64,000 nt of DNA from Planctomycetota bacterium (GTDB taxonomy: Bacteria > Planctomycetota > PLA2 > JAEUHO01): positions 99,600 to 163,599 of the forward strand of contig JBFWRP010000009.1 of the NCBI GenBank assembly GCA_050248855.1. The letters are read 5' to 3'. The position numbers were made by a program, and so were the translations under genes. Of this stretch, positions 17,592 through 32,258 are shown one piece after another. A model generated the notes under the pieces. That model had not been told where the DNA came from. It saw nothing but the letters and a program-made list of their open reading frames with translations, and did not search any database. How positions within the stretch are numbered: position 1 is the first letter of the stretch; each line of letters begins with the position of its first letter.

Positions 17592-19124
17592 GTGGCCACG
17601 ACGAGACGGCGGGGCGGGGAGTCTCGCCCCGCGCCCCCCCTCGCGTCAAAGGCGGGCGTAGCGCTCGCGCTGCTGCTCGTCGCCGTGGCGGCGCGGGGTC
17701 GGGTCGAAGCGGCTCCCCGGGAACGGTTCCCGCGGCCGGACGCTCGCCGACGCGACGAGGCCCGCGCGGCAGCCGCCGTCGCGGCGGCGCCGCACGACGC
17801 GCAAGGCTGGCTCGCCTTGGCCCGTGCCCGGCGCGAGCGAGCCGATCTCGCGGGCGCCTTGGCCGCTGCGGACGAGGCGCGCCTGTGGCAGCCCGGCGAC
17901 CCCGCGGCCTCTCGCGAGGCCGCCGCCGCGCACCTCGCGCTGCACCGCCCCGCGGAGGCCGCACGCGCCCTGGCCCTGCTGGACGACGACGCGGCCGTCA
18001 CGTGGCGCCTGCGCGCGGAGCTGGCCCTGTTGCAGGGGCGCACCGAGGCCGCCTGGCGTGCCGCCTCCACGGCCTTGCGCCAAGCGCCCGGTCAGGCGGA
18101 CGTGGTCGCGACGGCGGCGGAGGCGGCGTATCGCTCCGGACGCCTCGAACGCGCGCGACGGCTCTATGCGACGACCGTGCGCCTGGACCCGTGGCACGAG
18201 GTGGCCAACCTGCGGCTCGGTAGCGGCTTCGCGCCGCGCGGCGACCGGTTGGTGTTCAGGTCGGTCGCCCAGCGCCAGGGATTCGACGAAGCGGCCGCCG
18301 CGTGGCGCGCCCACGACCTCGAGACCGCACTGGCGCGCTTCGCGGACCTGGTCGCCGATGCGCCGGACGAGCCGCGCTTCCGCCTGGGGCTTGGTCTCGT
18401 GCTGCGCGAGCGGGCGTGGGCCGAGTGCGCCGCGCTGCCGCCGGACACGTCGTGGCTGGCGGACGAAGCGCGACGGCCCGTCGCCGGCGAAGGGCGCCTC
18501 GTCCCCGGTGTCGCCGACCTGGCGCCCGATCACCTGGCGGTCGTACGCCGCGCGCTGCGTCCTTGGGAGGCCTGGCTGCCCGAGCTGCTCGCGGCGGGCG
18601 GACGCCACGAGGTCCTGCCGCTGGCCGTCAGCCTCGTCGATGCGCCGGAGCGCGAGGACCTGGCCGACCAGACGACCTTCGACGGGCGCTGGTACGCGCA
18701 CCTGCGCGGCGTGGGCGGGCTCCATGCGGCGACCGGCGAGGAGAAGCTGCGCGCCGCGGCCTGCCACGAGTTCGACACCTTCGCGCACGAGCTGGCCCAC
18801 CAGATCCTGTCCTACGCGCTTCCCGAAACGGTTCGCGGCGAGGTCCACGCCCTCTGGCGGCAAGCGGTGGAGGCGGGGCGCTGCCTGGACGCCTATGCCG
18901 CCTCCAACGCGGACGAGTACTTCGCCCAGGGCTTCGAAGCGTTCGTCTCGCCCTGGAAGCGGCCCGGCGTGCGGCGCACGGCCTCTCACACGCGCGACGA
19001 GCTGCGCGACGTCGATCCCGCGCTGCTCGCCTTGCTCGAGCGCCTTACGACGCGAGACCGCGAAGGCGCTGCATCGCCTGCTGCACCTCCTCCCACTCCG
19101 GGTGGGCCTCCAGCGCAGCGCTGA
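17592..19124 (+). CDS. TPR protein with C-terminal zinc metallopeptidase domain (anthrax-LF/PPEP/MtfA-like)
   Basis: TPR helices, then LRGVGG...FAHELAHQI...YAASNADEYFAQGFEAF. Start uncertain (17559-17660). Confidence 0.65.
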   Translation: MATTRRRGGESRPAPPLASKAGVALALLLVAVAARGRVEAAPRERFPRPDARRRDEARAAAAVAAAPHDAQGWLALARARRERADLAGALAAADEARLWQPGDPAASREAAAAHLALHRPAEAARALALLDDDAAVTWRLRAELALLQGRTEAAWRAASTALRQAPGQADVVATAAEAAYRSGRLERARRLYATTVRLDPWHEVANLRLGSGFAPRGDRLVFRSVAQRQGFDEAAAAWRAHDLETALARFADLVADAPDEPRFRLGLGLVLRERAWAECAALPPDTSWLADEARRPVAGEGRLVPGVADLAPDHLAVVRRALRPWEAWLPELLAAGGRHEVLPLAVSLVDAPEREDLADQTTFDGRWYAHLRGVGGLHAATGEEKLRAAACHEFDTFAHELAHQILSYALPETVRGEVHALWRQAVEAGRCLDAYAASNADEYFAQGFEAFVSPWKRPGVRRTASHTRDELRDVDPALLALLERLTTRDREGAASPAAPPPTPGGPPAQR

Positions 19125-19977
19125 GCAGGCGATGGGCTTCCAGCTCCCGGCCTGGCTGGCGGGACAGCCAGAGGCCGTAGTTGCCCTGCGCGCGGGACAC
19201 GTTGCGCGCGCACTTCAGCGCGTTTTTGTAGCCCTGCTCGGCATGGCGATCGTCGCCCAGGTGCTGATGGCCGACGGCGTACACGGTCCACGCACGCTCG
19301 TTGCGCGCGCCGTGCTGCAGCGAGCGCACGGCGGTACGCACGGCCTCCTTCCAGCGTTCCGCGAGCATCAAGGCGCCGGCGAGGTCGTCGAGCCAGGGGC
19401 CCCAGTCGGGCTGCAGGCGATGGGCGCGCCGGAACGCCTCGACGGCTTCGTCGGGTCGCCCCTGGCTGATCAGCGCGTAGCCCGCGGCCGCATGCAGGGA
19501 GGAGTCCTCGTGGCGCGCCAGCGCCTCGCGGGCCCACGCCAAGGCCTCGTCGTTGCGTCCAAGCGCGCGCAACGCGCGGGTCCCGCGCACCACGGGCTCG
19601 GCGTCGTCGGGGCGCAGTCCGGCCGCGGCCCGGTAGGCGGCCACGGCCGCCTCGAAGTCGTGCGCGGCTTCGTGACGACGGGCTTCGAGCATGCGCACGA
19701 GCGCGCTGGCAGGGTGGTGCCCGATGGCGCTGGCGAGCACGGCATCGAACTCGTCGAAGCGCTTGTAGCGCAAGTGGAGCTCGAGCCGGCGGATGGCCAC
19801 GCGTCGATCGGCCGGCCAGCGGAGCCCGGCCTCGTCCAGGACGGCGCGGGCGGCGCCGTACTCGCCGTCACCCAGCAGGTCGTCCGCAAGGCGCACCGCT
19901 CCCAGCGGGTCATCGGCCTTCACGAGGCGCCGCAGGGCAGCGGCAGCCCCGGGGCTCAAGGCATCGGCGGCGCCCAT
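19045..19977 (-). CDS. TPR-repeat protein
   Basis: Repeated TPR patterns (ALRALGRNDEALAW; QGRPDEAVEAFRRAHRLQPD; GNYGLWL). Confidence 0.75.
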   Translation of the reverse strand: MGAADALSPGAAAALRRLVKADDPLGAVRLADDLLGDGEYGAARAVLDEAGLRWPADRRVAIRRLELHLRYKRFDEFDAVLASAIGHHPASALVRMLEARRHEAAHDFEAAVAAYRAAAGLRPDDAEPVVRGTRALRALGRNDEALAWAREALARHEDSSLHAAAGYALISQGRPDEAVEAFRRAHRLQPDWGPWLDDLAGALMLAERWKEAVRTAVRSLQHGARNERAWTVYAVGHQHLGDDRHAEQGYKNALKCARNVSRAQGNYGLWLSRQPGRELEAHRLLSAALEAHPEWEEVQQAMQRLRGLAS

Positions 19978-20012
19978 GGGGGCGACAGGCTACCCCGACG
20001 CCGGGCTTGCAG

Positions 20013-21146
20013 TCACCGCAAGCGGCGCCGGAGCTCGTCCCAGGGGAAGTTGGCCCCAGGGCACTTCGTGGGGCAGCAGTGGCAGTGCCCCTGGACCACG
20101 TCCGGGGAGAGGTCGTACGTGTCCATCAGCCAGCGGACCAGCTTGACCAAGCTGTCCATCTGGGCCGCCGTGGGCCGCCCGCCGGGCAGCTCGAAGTTGC
20201 CGACCAGGCAGATGCCGACCCCGTAGTCGTTGTAGCGGTTGTCGGGCGTCTTGGCGTGGGCACCGTGCAGCTGCTGCTTCCAGCGCGGTCCCACCTCGAC
20301 TTCGCCGTCGCCGCTGAGCGAGCCGTTGCCGATCACGAAGTGGTAGCCCAGGCCGTGCTCCCACCCGTTGTCGACGCGATGGATGCGGTCGTACTTCTCC
20401 GCGTTGCCGGCCAGGTCATCGCTGTGATGCAGGATGATGTACTTCCAGTCGCGGCGCGGGGCCGAGGCGGGCGGCACCCACCCCGCCAAGCCGCGGGCAG
20501 GGGCGCGCGAGGTCGTCTCCACGCGCGGCGCCCGCTTCACGATGGGACGCGGGGTCACCGGCTCGACCTGGATGCGTGCGGGCGGCGTGGGCGGCGCCTC
20601 GTTGCGCGTGCGCAGCTCGAGCGCCCGCGTCAGGAGGCGGTCTTGGCGGGCTTGGTGCCTGGCCTGTTCGGCGACGGCCTCGCGATCCAGGAGGCGCACG
20701 ACGCGAGCCGGGATGACGAGGTCCTCCCCACGGCGCGCCACGGGCTCCTTGAAGGTCATGGGCCGCGTCGAGATGAGCCCCTTCGTGCTGTCGGCGTAGA
20801 GGTAGATGGACAGGCCACCGTTCTCGAGCACGGCGAACGTACCCTTGTCCGTGTAGGCAAGGCCGTGCATCGCCGCGAACTCGCGAGCGGTCAGTGACGA
20901 GTCCACCAGGGCGGCCGGCGCCGCGACGGCAGCACCGGGAGCGGGAGCGGCACCCGCACGACGGGCGGGGACCCAGCGACCGGAGGGGTCCTGGACCAGG
21001 ACGTCCCCGGCCCGGACGCGGGCGTCGGTCTGGAAGGGCTCACCCGCTCCCGCCGGCCCGGGAAGCCCGCCGAGGAGCAGGGCGCCGAGGATGCCGGCGA
21101 AGGCGAACGCGAGGGCGGCAGGACGACGGCGGGCAGTGATGGACAA
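20013..21146 (-). CDS. N-acetylmuramoyl-L-alanine amidase (Amidase_2/PGRP-like), exported
   Basis: WKYIILHHS, GYHFVIGNG, GAHAK, GICLVGNF, PTAAQ, GH...CPG; N-terminal signal/TM segment. Confidence 0.88.
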   Translation of the reverse strand: MSITARRRPAALAFAFAGILGALLLGGLPGPAGAGEPFQTDARVRAGDVLVQDPSGRWVPARRAGAAPAPGAAVAAPAALVDSSLTAREFAAMHGLAYTDKGTFAVLENGGLSIYLYADSTKGLISTRPMTFKEPVARRGEDLVIPARVVRLLDREAVAEQARHQARQDRLLTRALELRTRNEAPPTPPARIQVEPVTPRPIVKRAPRVETTSRAPARGLAGWVPPASAPRRDWKYIILHHSDDLAGNAEKYDRIHRVDNGWEHGLGYHFVIGNGSLSGDGEVEVGPRWKQQLHGAHAKTPDNRYNDYGVGICLVGNFELPGGRPTAAQMDSLVKLVRWLMDTYDLSPDVVQGHCHCCPTKCPGANFPWDELRRRLR

Positions 21147-21441
21147 GGGCTCCTCCTCCCGGGCTGGATCGGTCGCGCGCGTGCGTACCGCGTGAGGCTA
21201 CCGGGCGCTCGTGACAGCCGAGCGAACCGTTTCGCGGACCGCGCTCACTACCTCCATCGGTTCCCGCGAAGCGCTTCCGCAGCGCCGGCGGGCGCATGGC
21301 GGATTTGTGTCGCAATCCCCCGTGGCGAAACGGACGATCAAGGTTCGAGCCCGGTTTGGAGGGGCCTTCCTGCGGGAGCGCAGCCCGGATTCCGCCGTCG
21401 CCAGCGCCGCGCGTGCGCGCGGGCGTCACGGCGCGCCCTGC

Positions 21442-26769
<5,328 letters not shown>

Positions 26770-26818
26770 GCTGGATTCGCGCGTGCGGACGCGAGCGTCG
26801 TCGCGGTAGGCTCCCGGC

Positions 26819-27616
26819 ATGGCGCGCACGGCGTGGGACCGCCGACCTCTCCTGCTGGGCATGGTGCATCTGCTGCCCCTGCCCGGGAGCCCGCGCCACC
26901 GTCCCGAGCGCAGCGCCGCGGGGGCGCGCTGGGTGGACCAAGCCGTGCGCGACGCCTTGTTGCTCGCCGAGGCGGGCTTTGACGGCGTCGTCGTGGAAAA
27001 CCTCGGCGACGCACCCTTCTTCGGCGACGACGTGCCCGACGTCACCGTGGCGGCCCTGGGCGTGGCCGCGCATGCCGTGCGCCGTGCGCTGCCCCGCGGT
27101 GCGCTGCTCGGTGTCAACGTGCTGCGCAACGACGCGCGTGCCGCGCTGGCGATCGCGGCCGTGGCCGACGCGGACTTCGTGCGCGTCAACGTGCTGACGG
27201 GCGCCGTGGTCACCGACCAGGGCCTGCTGCAGGGTCACGCTGCCGAGGTGCTGCGCGAACGGCGCTGCCTGGCGCCCCAGGTACGCGTGCTCGCCGACGT
27301 GCGCGTCAAGCACGCCGCCCCGCTCGCCGAGCGTCCGCTCGACGACGAGGTGGCCGATCTCGTCGAACGCGGCGGCGCCGACGCCCTCGTCGTGAGCGGC
27401 CCGCGCACGGGCTCCGCCGTGGACGTGGAACGCCTGAAGGCGGTAGCCGCCGCGGCCGCGGGCCGCCCCGTGCTGGTCGGCTCCGGAGCCACGGCGGCGA
27501 GCGTACGCGAGCTGCTCGCCACCGCCGACGGCGTCATCGTGGGCACCGCGCTCAAGCGCCGTCACCGCCTCGACGCGGAGCGCGCGCGAGCCTTCGTGGC
27601 CGCGGCGCGCGCCTAG
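26819..27616 (+). CDS. BtpA/SgcQ family TIM-barrel protein
   Basis: GMVHLLPLPGSP, ENLGDAPF, GVNVLRND, ADVRVKH, VSGPRTG, VGSG, DGVIVGT. Confidence 0.93.
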   Translation: MARTAWDRRPLLLGMVHLLPLPGSPRHRPERSAAGARWVDQAVRDALLLAEAGFDGVVVENLGDAPFFGDDVPDVTVAALGVAAHAVRRALPRGALLGVNVLRNDARAALAIAAVADADFVRVNVLTGAVVTDQGLLQGHAAEVLRERRCLAPQVRVLADVRVKHAAPLAERPLDDEVADLVERGGADALVVSGPRTGSAVDVERLKAVAAAAAGRPVLVGSGATAASVRELLATADGVIVGTALKRRHRLDAERARAFVAAARA

Positions 27617-28755
27617 TCGTCGGAGCCGTCCGGCGGGGGCGGGGTGTCATCGGCAGGCGGGGCGGCGTCGTCCTCGCCGGGCGCCGTGTCGAGCGAGGGG
27701 GCGATGTCGATGACGTCGCTGCGTAGGCGGCCGAGGTTGTGGCCGGCGCTGACGAGGTAGACGAAGGGCCGACCGTCGACGCGCACGTACCACGCGTCCT
27801 TGTCGTCGGCCTTCTTGCCCACCTCCAGACGGTGGGCCTTGGCCTGCGCGCCGTCCTGCTCGTAGAAGGTCGCGACCACCTCCGGCTTGTCGAAGCCGTA
27901 CGTCGCGCCGTCGGCCGCGCTGGCCGCGGCCACCACGTCGTCGGCCACGAGGCCGGTGAACGCGCGACCGATGTCTTCCACCACAGTCGTATCGGCGGCG
28001 GCCAGCTCGGGCTGGACCATCGTCCACACGAGCTCGGGCTGGTCGGGGTCGGCCGCGGGCGACGGCACGGGGAGACCCTCGATCGTGAGGCCCCGCTTGA
28101 CCACGACGATGCGCGGCCCGCCCGCGGCGGTGCGGTCCAGCACGAGCTCGACGAGCGAGGCAGAGCGGAGCGTGCCGGGCCACAGCTGGGTCTCGATCCA
28201 TGCGGACGCGGCGGTCGGCGCAACGCTCGGCCGCAGGTTGGCCACGCGCACGATGCGGCCCTTCTCGCCAACCCCCATGCGCACCAGCAGGTCGCTGCGC
28301 TCCGCGCGCCCCATGTCGAGGACGGCCAGCTCCGCGCCCTCCCCATCGAGCAGGCGCACCGACTTCCAGCCGGTCACGGGGCGGTACCGGTCGAAGGTGT
28401 CCGCGCGGGTTGTAACGGTCCCCCGGTCACGCGCGCCCACCAAGGCATCGAGGAGGCGCTCGGCCGTGTTGGGCAGCACCGGATGGTCGAAGCGATCGGG
28501 CAGGACCCAGCTCACGAGGTCCTTGCGCGCCACGCGGATCGACTCGGGCGCGTCGGGCTTGTCCGGGTCCGTGCGCGTGATCTCGATCGTGCGCACGGCC
28601 GAGGTGTCAAGGCCGGGAAGCAACGCGGGCAGGTCGTCGAGCGCGACGCCACGCGCCGGCTCGGGCCGGAAGATCAACCAGAGCCCGAGCAGGACGGCCA
28701 GGCCCGCCAAGAGCAGATTGCGTCGCTCCAACGTCTTGGTCGGTGAACGGCTCAT
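27613..28755 (-). CDS. DUF4340-like protein
   Basis: N-terminal TM; YGFDKP..V, LEVGK, YVRVDGRPFVYLV; last gene of a Gld-like ABC operon. Confidence 0.75.
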   Translation of the reverse strand: MSRSPTKTLERRNLLLAGLAVLLGLWLIFRPEPARGVALDDLPALLPGLDTSAVRTIEITRTDPDKPDAPESIRVARKDLVSWVLPDRFDHPVLPNTAERLLDALVGARDRGTVTTRADTFDRYRPVTGWKSVRLLDGEGAELAVLDMGRAERSDLLVRMGVGEKGRIVRVANLRPSVAPTAASAWIETQLWPGTLRSASLVELVLDRTAAGGPRIVVVKRGLTIEGLPVPSPAADPDQPELVWTMVQPELAAADTTVVEDIGRAFTGLVADDVVAAASAADGATYGFDKPEVVATFYEQDGAQAKAHRLEVGKKADDKDAWYVRVDGRPFVYLVSAGHNLGRLRSDVIDIAPSLDTAPGEDDAAPPADDTPPPPDGSDD

Positions 28756-28756
28756 G

Positions 28757-30565
28757 TCAGTCGCTCCCCCGCACCACCCACACCACGATGCCCACCAGGA
28801 GCATGAGGAGCGGCACGGCCAGGATGTTGATCCACTCGATCGCCTCGCGATCGCCCGCCTCGATCTTGGGCAACCGGCGCGGCTTGTCGGCCCGCGCGCG
28901 CAGCGCGAGCAGCTCTTCGCTGCCCGTCAGGACGTCGACGGCGCTCAGCACGGTGGCGAAGCCACCCTGCGCGCCGCCGTTGAACTGGGCCAAGATGCGC
29001 ACGGGGACGGGGGCGTCCGGCGTGGGTACCCAGAAGCTGCGCACCAGGTCGGCATCGCCGAGCACGAGGAGTCGCACGTCGCCCGCGTCCACGTGATCTT
29101 CGCGGTTCTCCGGCACCTCCGCCGGCGCAGGCTCGGGAACGGGGGCCGGTTCCTCCCCGTCACCGTTGGCGCCATCGCCAGGGACGTCGTCGCCCGGGTC
29201 GTCGTCGCCCGGGTCGTCGTCACCGTCGGGAGAGCCCGCGGCCTCGCCATCGGGCGATCCCGAGGCGTCCTCCGCGCCTTCCGGTCCGTGGAACGGCGGC
29301 ACGTCCGGGGGCGACTCCTCGTCGGCGGGCGCCTCCACCTTGGGCAGCGGCTTGTCCTTCCAGAACGAGGCCAAGGGCCCCTCGACGATGACGCCCAGCG
29401 CGTACTTCTCGAGGCGCTTGCCGGCCTGCGTGTCGATCGACTGCAACAAGCCGAGCGTGTCGGCGCGACGGTAGGCGCCCTCCGAGCTCTCGAACAGGGT
29501 CGTCACCGTCCGCCCGGCCTCCTGCTGGCGGGCTGCGTCCACACGCAGCGCGCCCGGCCAGCGCAGGATCACGCTCGGCAGCGAGGCGGCCAGCACGTTC
29601 GTGCTGTCCTTCGGGGGTGACGCGAACACCCACGGCGGATACGCGACCAGCCCTCCGCCAGCGATCATGCGCCCCGGGCGCGCGAAGTCCTCGACCAAGC
29701 CGGGCTGGGCCTCGATGCCCAGGCCGGCCAGCCAGTCCTCCAGGCCGCTCGAGCGGTAGCTCTCCTGGCCCTGCGCCACCTGGAGGTCGACGGGGTCCAG
29801 GAGGACGATGCCCCGCCCCCCTCGCAGGAGGAACTGCTCGAAGTGGTACACCGCGCGAGGCGCCAGGTCGGAGGGGGCGGCCAGGACCGCGACCTCGATG
29901 TCCTCGGGCAAGGGTTCATCCAGCGTCAGGCCCAGGCGCACGCCCTCGCCGAAGGTCTCGCGCATGGCCTGCGCGAGGAAATCGAAGTCGCGGGCCCCCG
30001 CGAGGTCCGTCACCAGGGCGATGGTGGGCGGCGTCGTCCGCAGGCGCTTCTGCAGATCGGAGACGATGCGGTACTCGAGACGGTCCTGGACCTCGGCCAA
30101 GCTGTCGATGACCGTGGTGTCCCCGTCGCCCATCCGCAGCGCGAGGCTCATGTAGCCCTTGCTCTGGCGGTACTCGTCGCTCTCGACGGCCCCGAACACG
30201 TACTCCGGCACGCCGAGGTCCTCGGCGATCTTGCGGCCGGCATCGCCGCTCATGTCGACCCAGGTGGTGGTCAGCCGCCCACCCGAGGCGTCCTCCATCT
30301 CGGCGAGCAGGGCTTCGACGTAGCGGCGGGCCCCCTCCTGGGCGATCGGCACGCCGTGCCAGAACACCTGCACCTCGGCGGGATCACGCAGCTGACCGAG
30401 GATCGTGCGGCTGCCCTCGGCCAGCGTGTAGCGGCCCTCCTCCGTGAGGTCCAGTCGCGTGTGGGTGCGGGCCAACGCCACGTTGACGAGCACGAGAACG
30501 ACGAGAAGCAAGACCCCGCTCAGCAGGCTGAGCGAGCGGACCTGGAGCGATTCCACGCGTTCCAT
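28757..30565 (-). CDS. GldG-like ABC transporter auxiliary component
   Basis: RLDLTEEGRYTLA, FEQFLLRGG, C-terminal TM after LLALRAR; acidic low-complexity insert. Confidence 0.85.
   Translation of the reverse strand: MERVESLQVRSLSLLSGVLLLVVLVLVNVALARTHTRLDLTEEGRYTLAEGSRTILGQLRDPAEVQVFWHGVPIAQEGARRYVEALLAEMEDASGGRLTTTWVDMSGDAGRKIAEDLGVPEYVFGAVESDEYRQSKGYMSLALRMGDGDTTVIDSLAEVQDRLEYRIVSDLQKRLRTTPPTIALVTDLAGARDFDFLAQAMRETFGEGVRLGLTLDEPLPEDIEVAVLAAPSDLAPRAVYHFEQFLLRGGRGIVLLDPVDLQVAQGQESYRSSGLEDWLAGLGIEAQPGLVEDFARPGRMIAGGGLVAYPPWVFASPPKDSTNVLAASLPSVILRWPGALRVDAARQQEAGRTVTTLFESSEGAYRRADTLGLLQSIDTQAGKRLEKYALGVIVEGPLASFWKDKPLPKVEAPADEESPPDVPPFHGPEGAEDASGSPDGEAAGSPDGDDDPGDDDPGDDVPGDGANGDGEEPAPVPEPAPAEVPENREDHVDAGDVRLLVLGDADLVRSFWVPTPDAPVPVRILAQFNGGAQGGFATVLSAVDVLTGSEELLALRARADKPRRLPKIEAGDREAIEWINILAVPLLMLLVGIVVWVVRGSD
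29180..29225. repeat. Short 15-nt tandem repeat encoding DDDPG-DDDPG-DDVPG
   Basis: gtcgtcgcccggg units inside the acidic linker of the GldG-like gene. Confidence 0.6.
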
Positions 30566-30567
30566 GG

Positions 30568-31287
30568 TTACCGGTACCTCCGGTTCTCGATCGAGCGGAC
30601 ATTGAGGTAGAGGAAGAAGAAGATCGCGCTGGCGAAGTAGACCACGTCGCGCAGGTCGACCACCCCGCGGCCCATGGCCTGGAAGTGCGAGGTGAGCGAG
30701 GCGGACTCGAGGACGCGGCCCAGGCCTCCCTTCACGTCGTCCGCGATGGACTGCATGAAGATGAAGACGGCGCCGATCAGGAACGCCACGATGAAGGCCA
30801 CGAGCTGATGGGACGTGAACGAGCTGATCCAGGTGGCGACGGCCAAGAGCGCGCCCGAGAGCAGGAACGCGCCCAGGTACCCGCCGATGACCGGGCCGGG
30901 ATCGAGGTCGCCGAGCGACGCGACGGTGATCACCAGCCCGAGCGTCGACAGCAGGCAAAGCCCCAGCACCGCCCACGCGGCGAAGAACTTGCCCAGCACC
31001 ACCGACGTGGTCGTCACGGGCTCCGTCATGAGGGTCTCGATCGTCCCGCCGCGGCGCTCCTCGCTCCACGCACGCATGCCGATCAACGGCACGAGCACGA
31101 CCAACAGCCGCTCCAAGTTGAAGAAGAAGGTGCCGTCCAGCGAGGCCGAGTTCTGGAACCAGAAGCGGCGCTCGAAGAAGAAGATCCACGCGGCGAGCGC
31201 GGAGAACAGCGCCATCACGACGTAGGGAATCGGGCTCACGAAGTAGGCCCGCATCTCCTTGCGGAAGATGGTCCCAAGGCCCCTCAT
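30568..31287 (-). CDS. GldF-like ABC permease
   Basis: IFRKEMRAYFVSPIPY, MRAWSEERRGGTIETLMT, VLGKF, GVVDLRDVVYF. Confidence 0.92.
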   Translation of the reverse strand: MRGLGTIFRKEMRAYFVSPIPYVVMALFSALAAWIFFFERRFWFQNSASLDGTFFFNLERLLVVLVPLIGMRAWSEERRGGTIETLMTEPVTTTSVVLGKFFAAWAVLGLCLLSTLGLVITVASLGDLDPGPVIGGYLGAFLLSGALLAVATWISSFTSHQLVAFIVAFLIGAVFIFMQSIADDVKGGLGRVLESASLTSHFQAMGRGVVDLRDVVYFASAIFFFLYLNVRSIENRRYR

Positions 31288-32240
31288 GCCTCCACCTCCT
31301 TCGCCCGGGGTGCGGTCAGTCGGGCGAACACGTCGTCGAGCGAGCGACTGGCCGGGGCCACGCCCCAGGCCAAGACGCCGGCGTTTTGCAGCGCCTGCGC
31401 GAGGGCCGCCAGCCGCTCGGCGTCGGCCGCGCCGTGAAGGCGCGCCACGAGACGCGGCGGCGTGCGGTCGGTCTCGACGCGCACGTCGTCCACGCCGTCG
31501 AGCGCCGCCCACGCCGCGCGCGCGACGTCGGGATCGCCGACCGCCAAACGCGCTTCGACATCCACGCCGAGCCCCGCGGCCACCTCGATCTCGTCGACCG
31601 TGCCCGCCGCGACCACGCGGCCGTCCGCGATCACGACCGCGCGGTCGCATGTGGCGGCCACCTCGGGCAGGATGTGCGTGGAGAAGATCACCGCGCAGCG
31701 CTCGCCGAGGCCGCGGATGAACTGGCGCATGTCGCGCTGCTGGTTGGGGTCCAACCCCGAGGAGGGCTCGTCCAGGATCAGGATGGGCGGCTTGTGCAGG
31801 AGGGCCTTGGCCAGACCGACACGCTGGCGGTAGCCGCGGGAGAACGTCACGATGCGGCGGCGCTCGAGCCCGACCAGACCCGCGGCCTCGAGGGCATCGC
31901 CGATGGCCCGGTCGCGCTCGCTGCCCTTCAGGCCATGGAGGCCGGCGGCGAAGCGCAAGGCCTCGATCAAGCGCAGCTCGAGGTAGAGCGGGTTGCCTTC
32001 GGGGAGGTAGCCGATGTGGCGCTGGGCCGCCACGGGATCGGCGATGACCTCCTGCCCCATCACCTTGGCGGAGCCCGACGTGGGCGCCAGGTACCCGGTC
32101 AGGATGCGCATGGCCGTGGACTTGCCGGCGCCGTTCGGCCCGAGCAGCCCCACGACCTCGCCACGCTCGACGTCGAAGTCGATGCCCTTCAGGGCCTCGA
32201 GCTCGCCGTACCGCTTGCGCAGCTCACGAACCTCGATCAT
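31284..32240 (-). CDS. GldA-like ABC ATPase
   Basis: GPNGAGKST, FSRGYRQRVGLA, ILDEP, STHIL. Confidence 0.95.
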   Translation of the reverse strand: MIEVRELRKRYGELEALKGIDFDVERGEVVGLLGPNGAGKSTAMRILTGYLAPTSGSAKVMGQEVIADPVAAQRHIGYLPEGNPLYLELRLIEALRFAAGLHGLKGSERDRAIGDALEAAGLVGLERRRIVTFSRGYRQRVGLAKALLHKPPILILDEPSSGLDPNQQRDMRQFIRGLGERCAVIFSTHILPEVAATCDRAVVIADGRVVAAGTVDEIEVAAGLGVDVEARLAVGDPDVARAAWAALDGVDDVRVETDRTPPRLVARLHGAADAERLAALAQALQNAGVLAWGVAPASRSLDDVFARLTAPRAKEVEA

Positions 32241-32258
32241 GACGTCCCCTCCTCCGGA

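Noticed and set aside
21312..21328. Possible minus-strand sigma54 promoter for the amidase (CGCCACG-GGGGA-TTGC)
   Set aside because: Lacks the invariant GG and the spacing is one base too long.
27613..32240. Gliding motility system
   Set aside because: GldAFG-like ABC sets with DUF4340 are widespread in non-gliding bacteria; no other gld or spr genes are seen.
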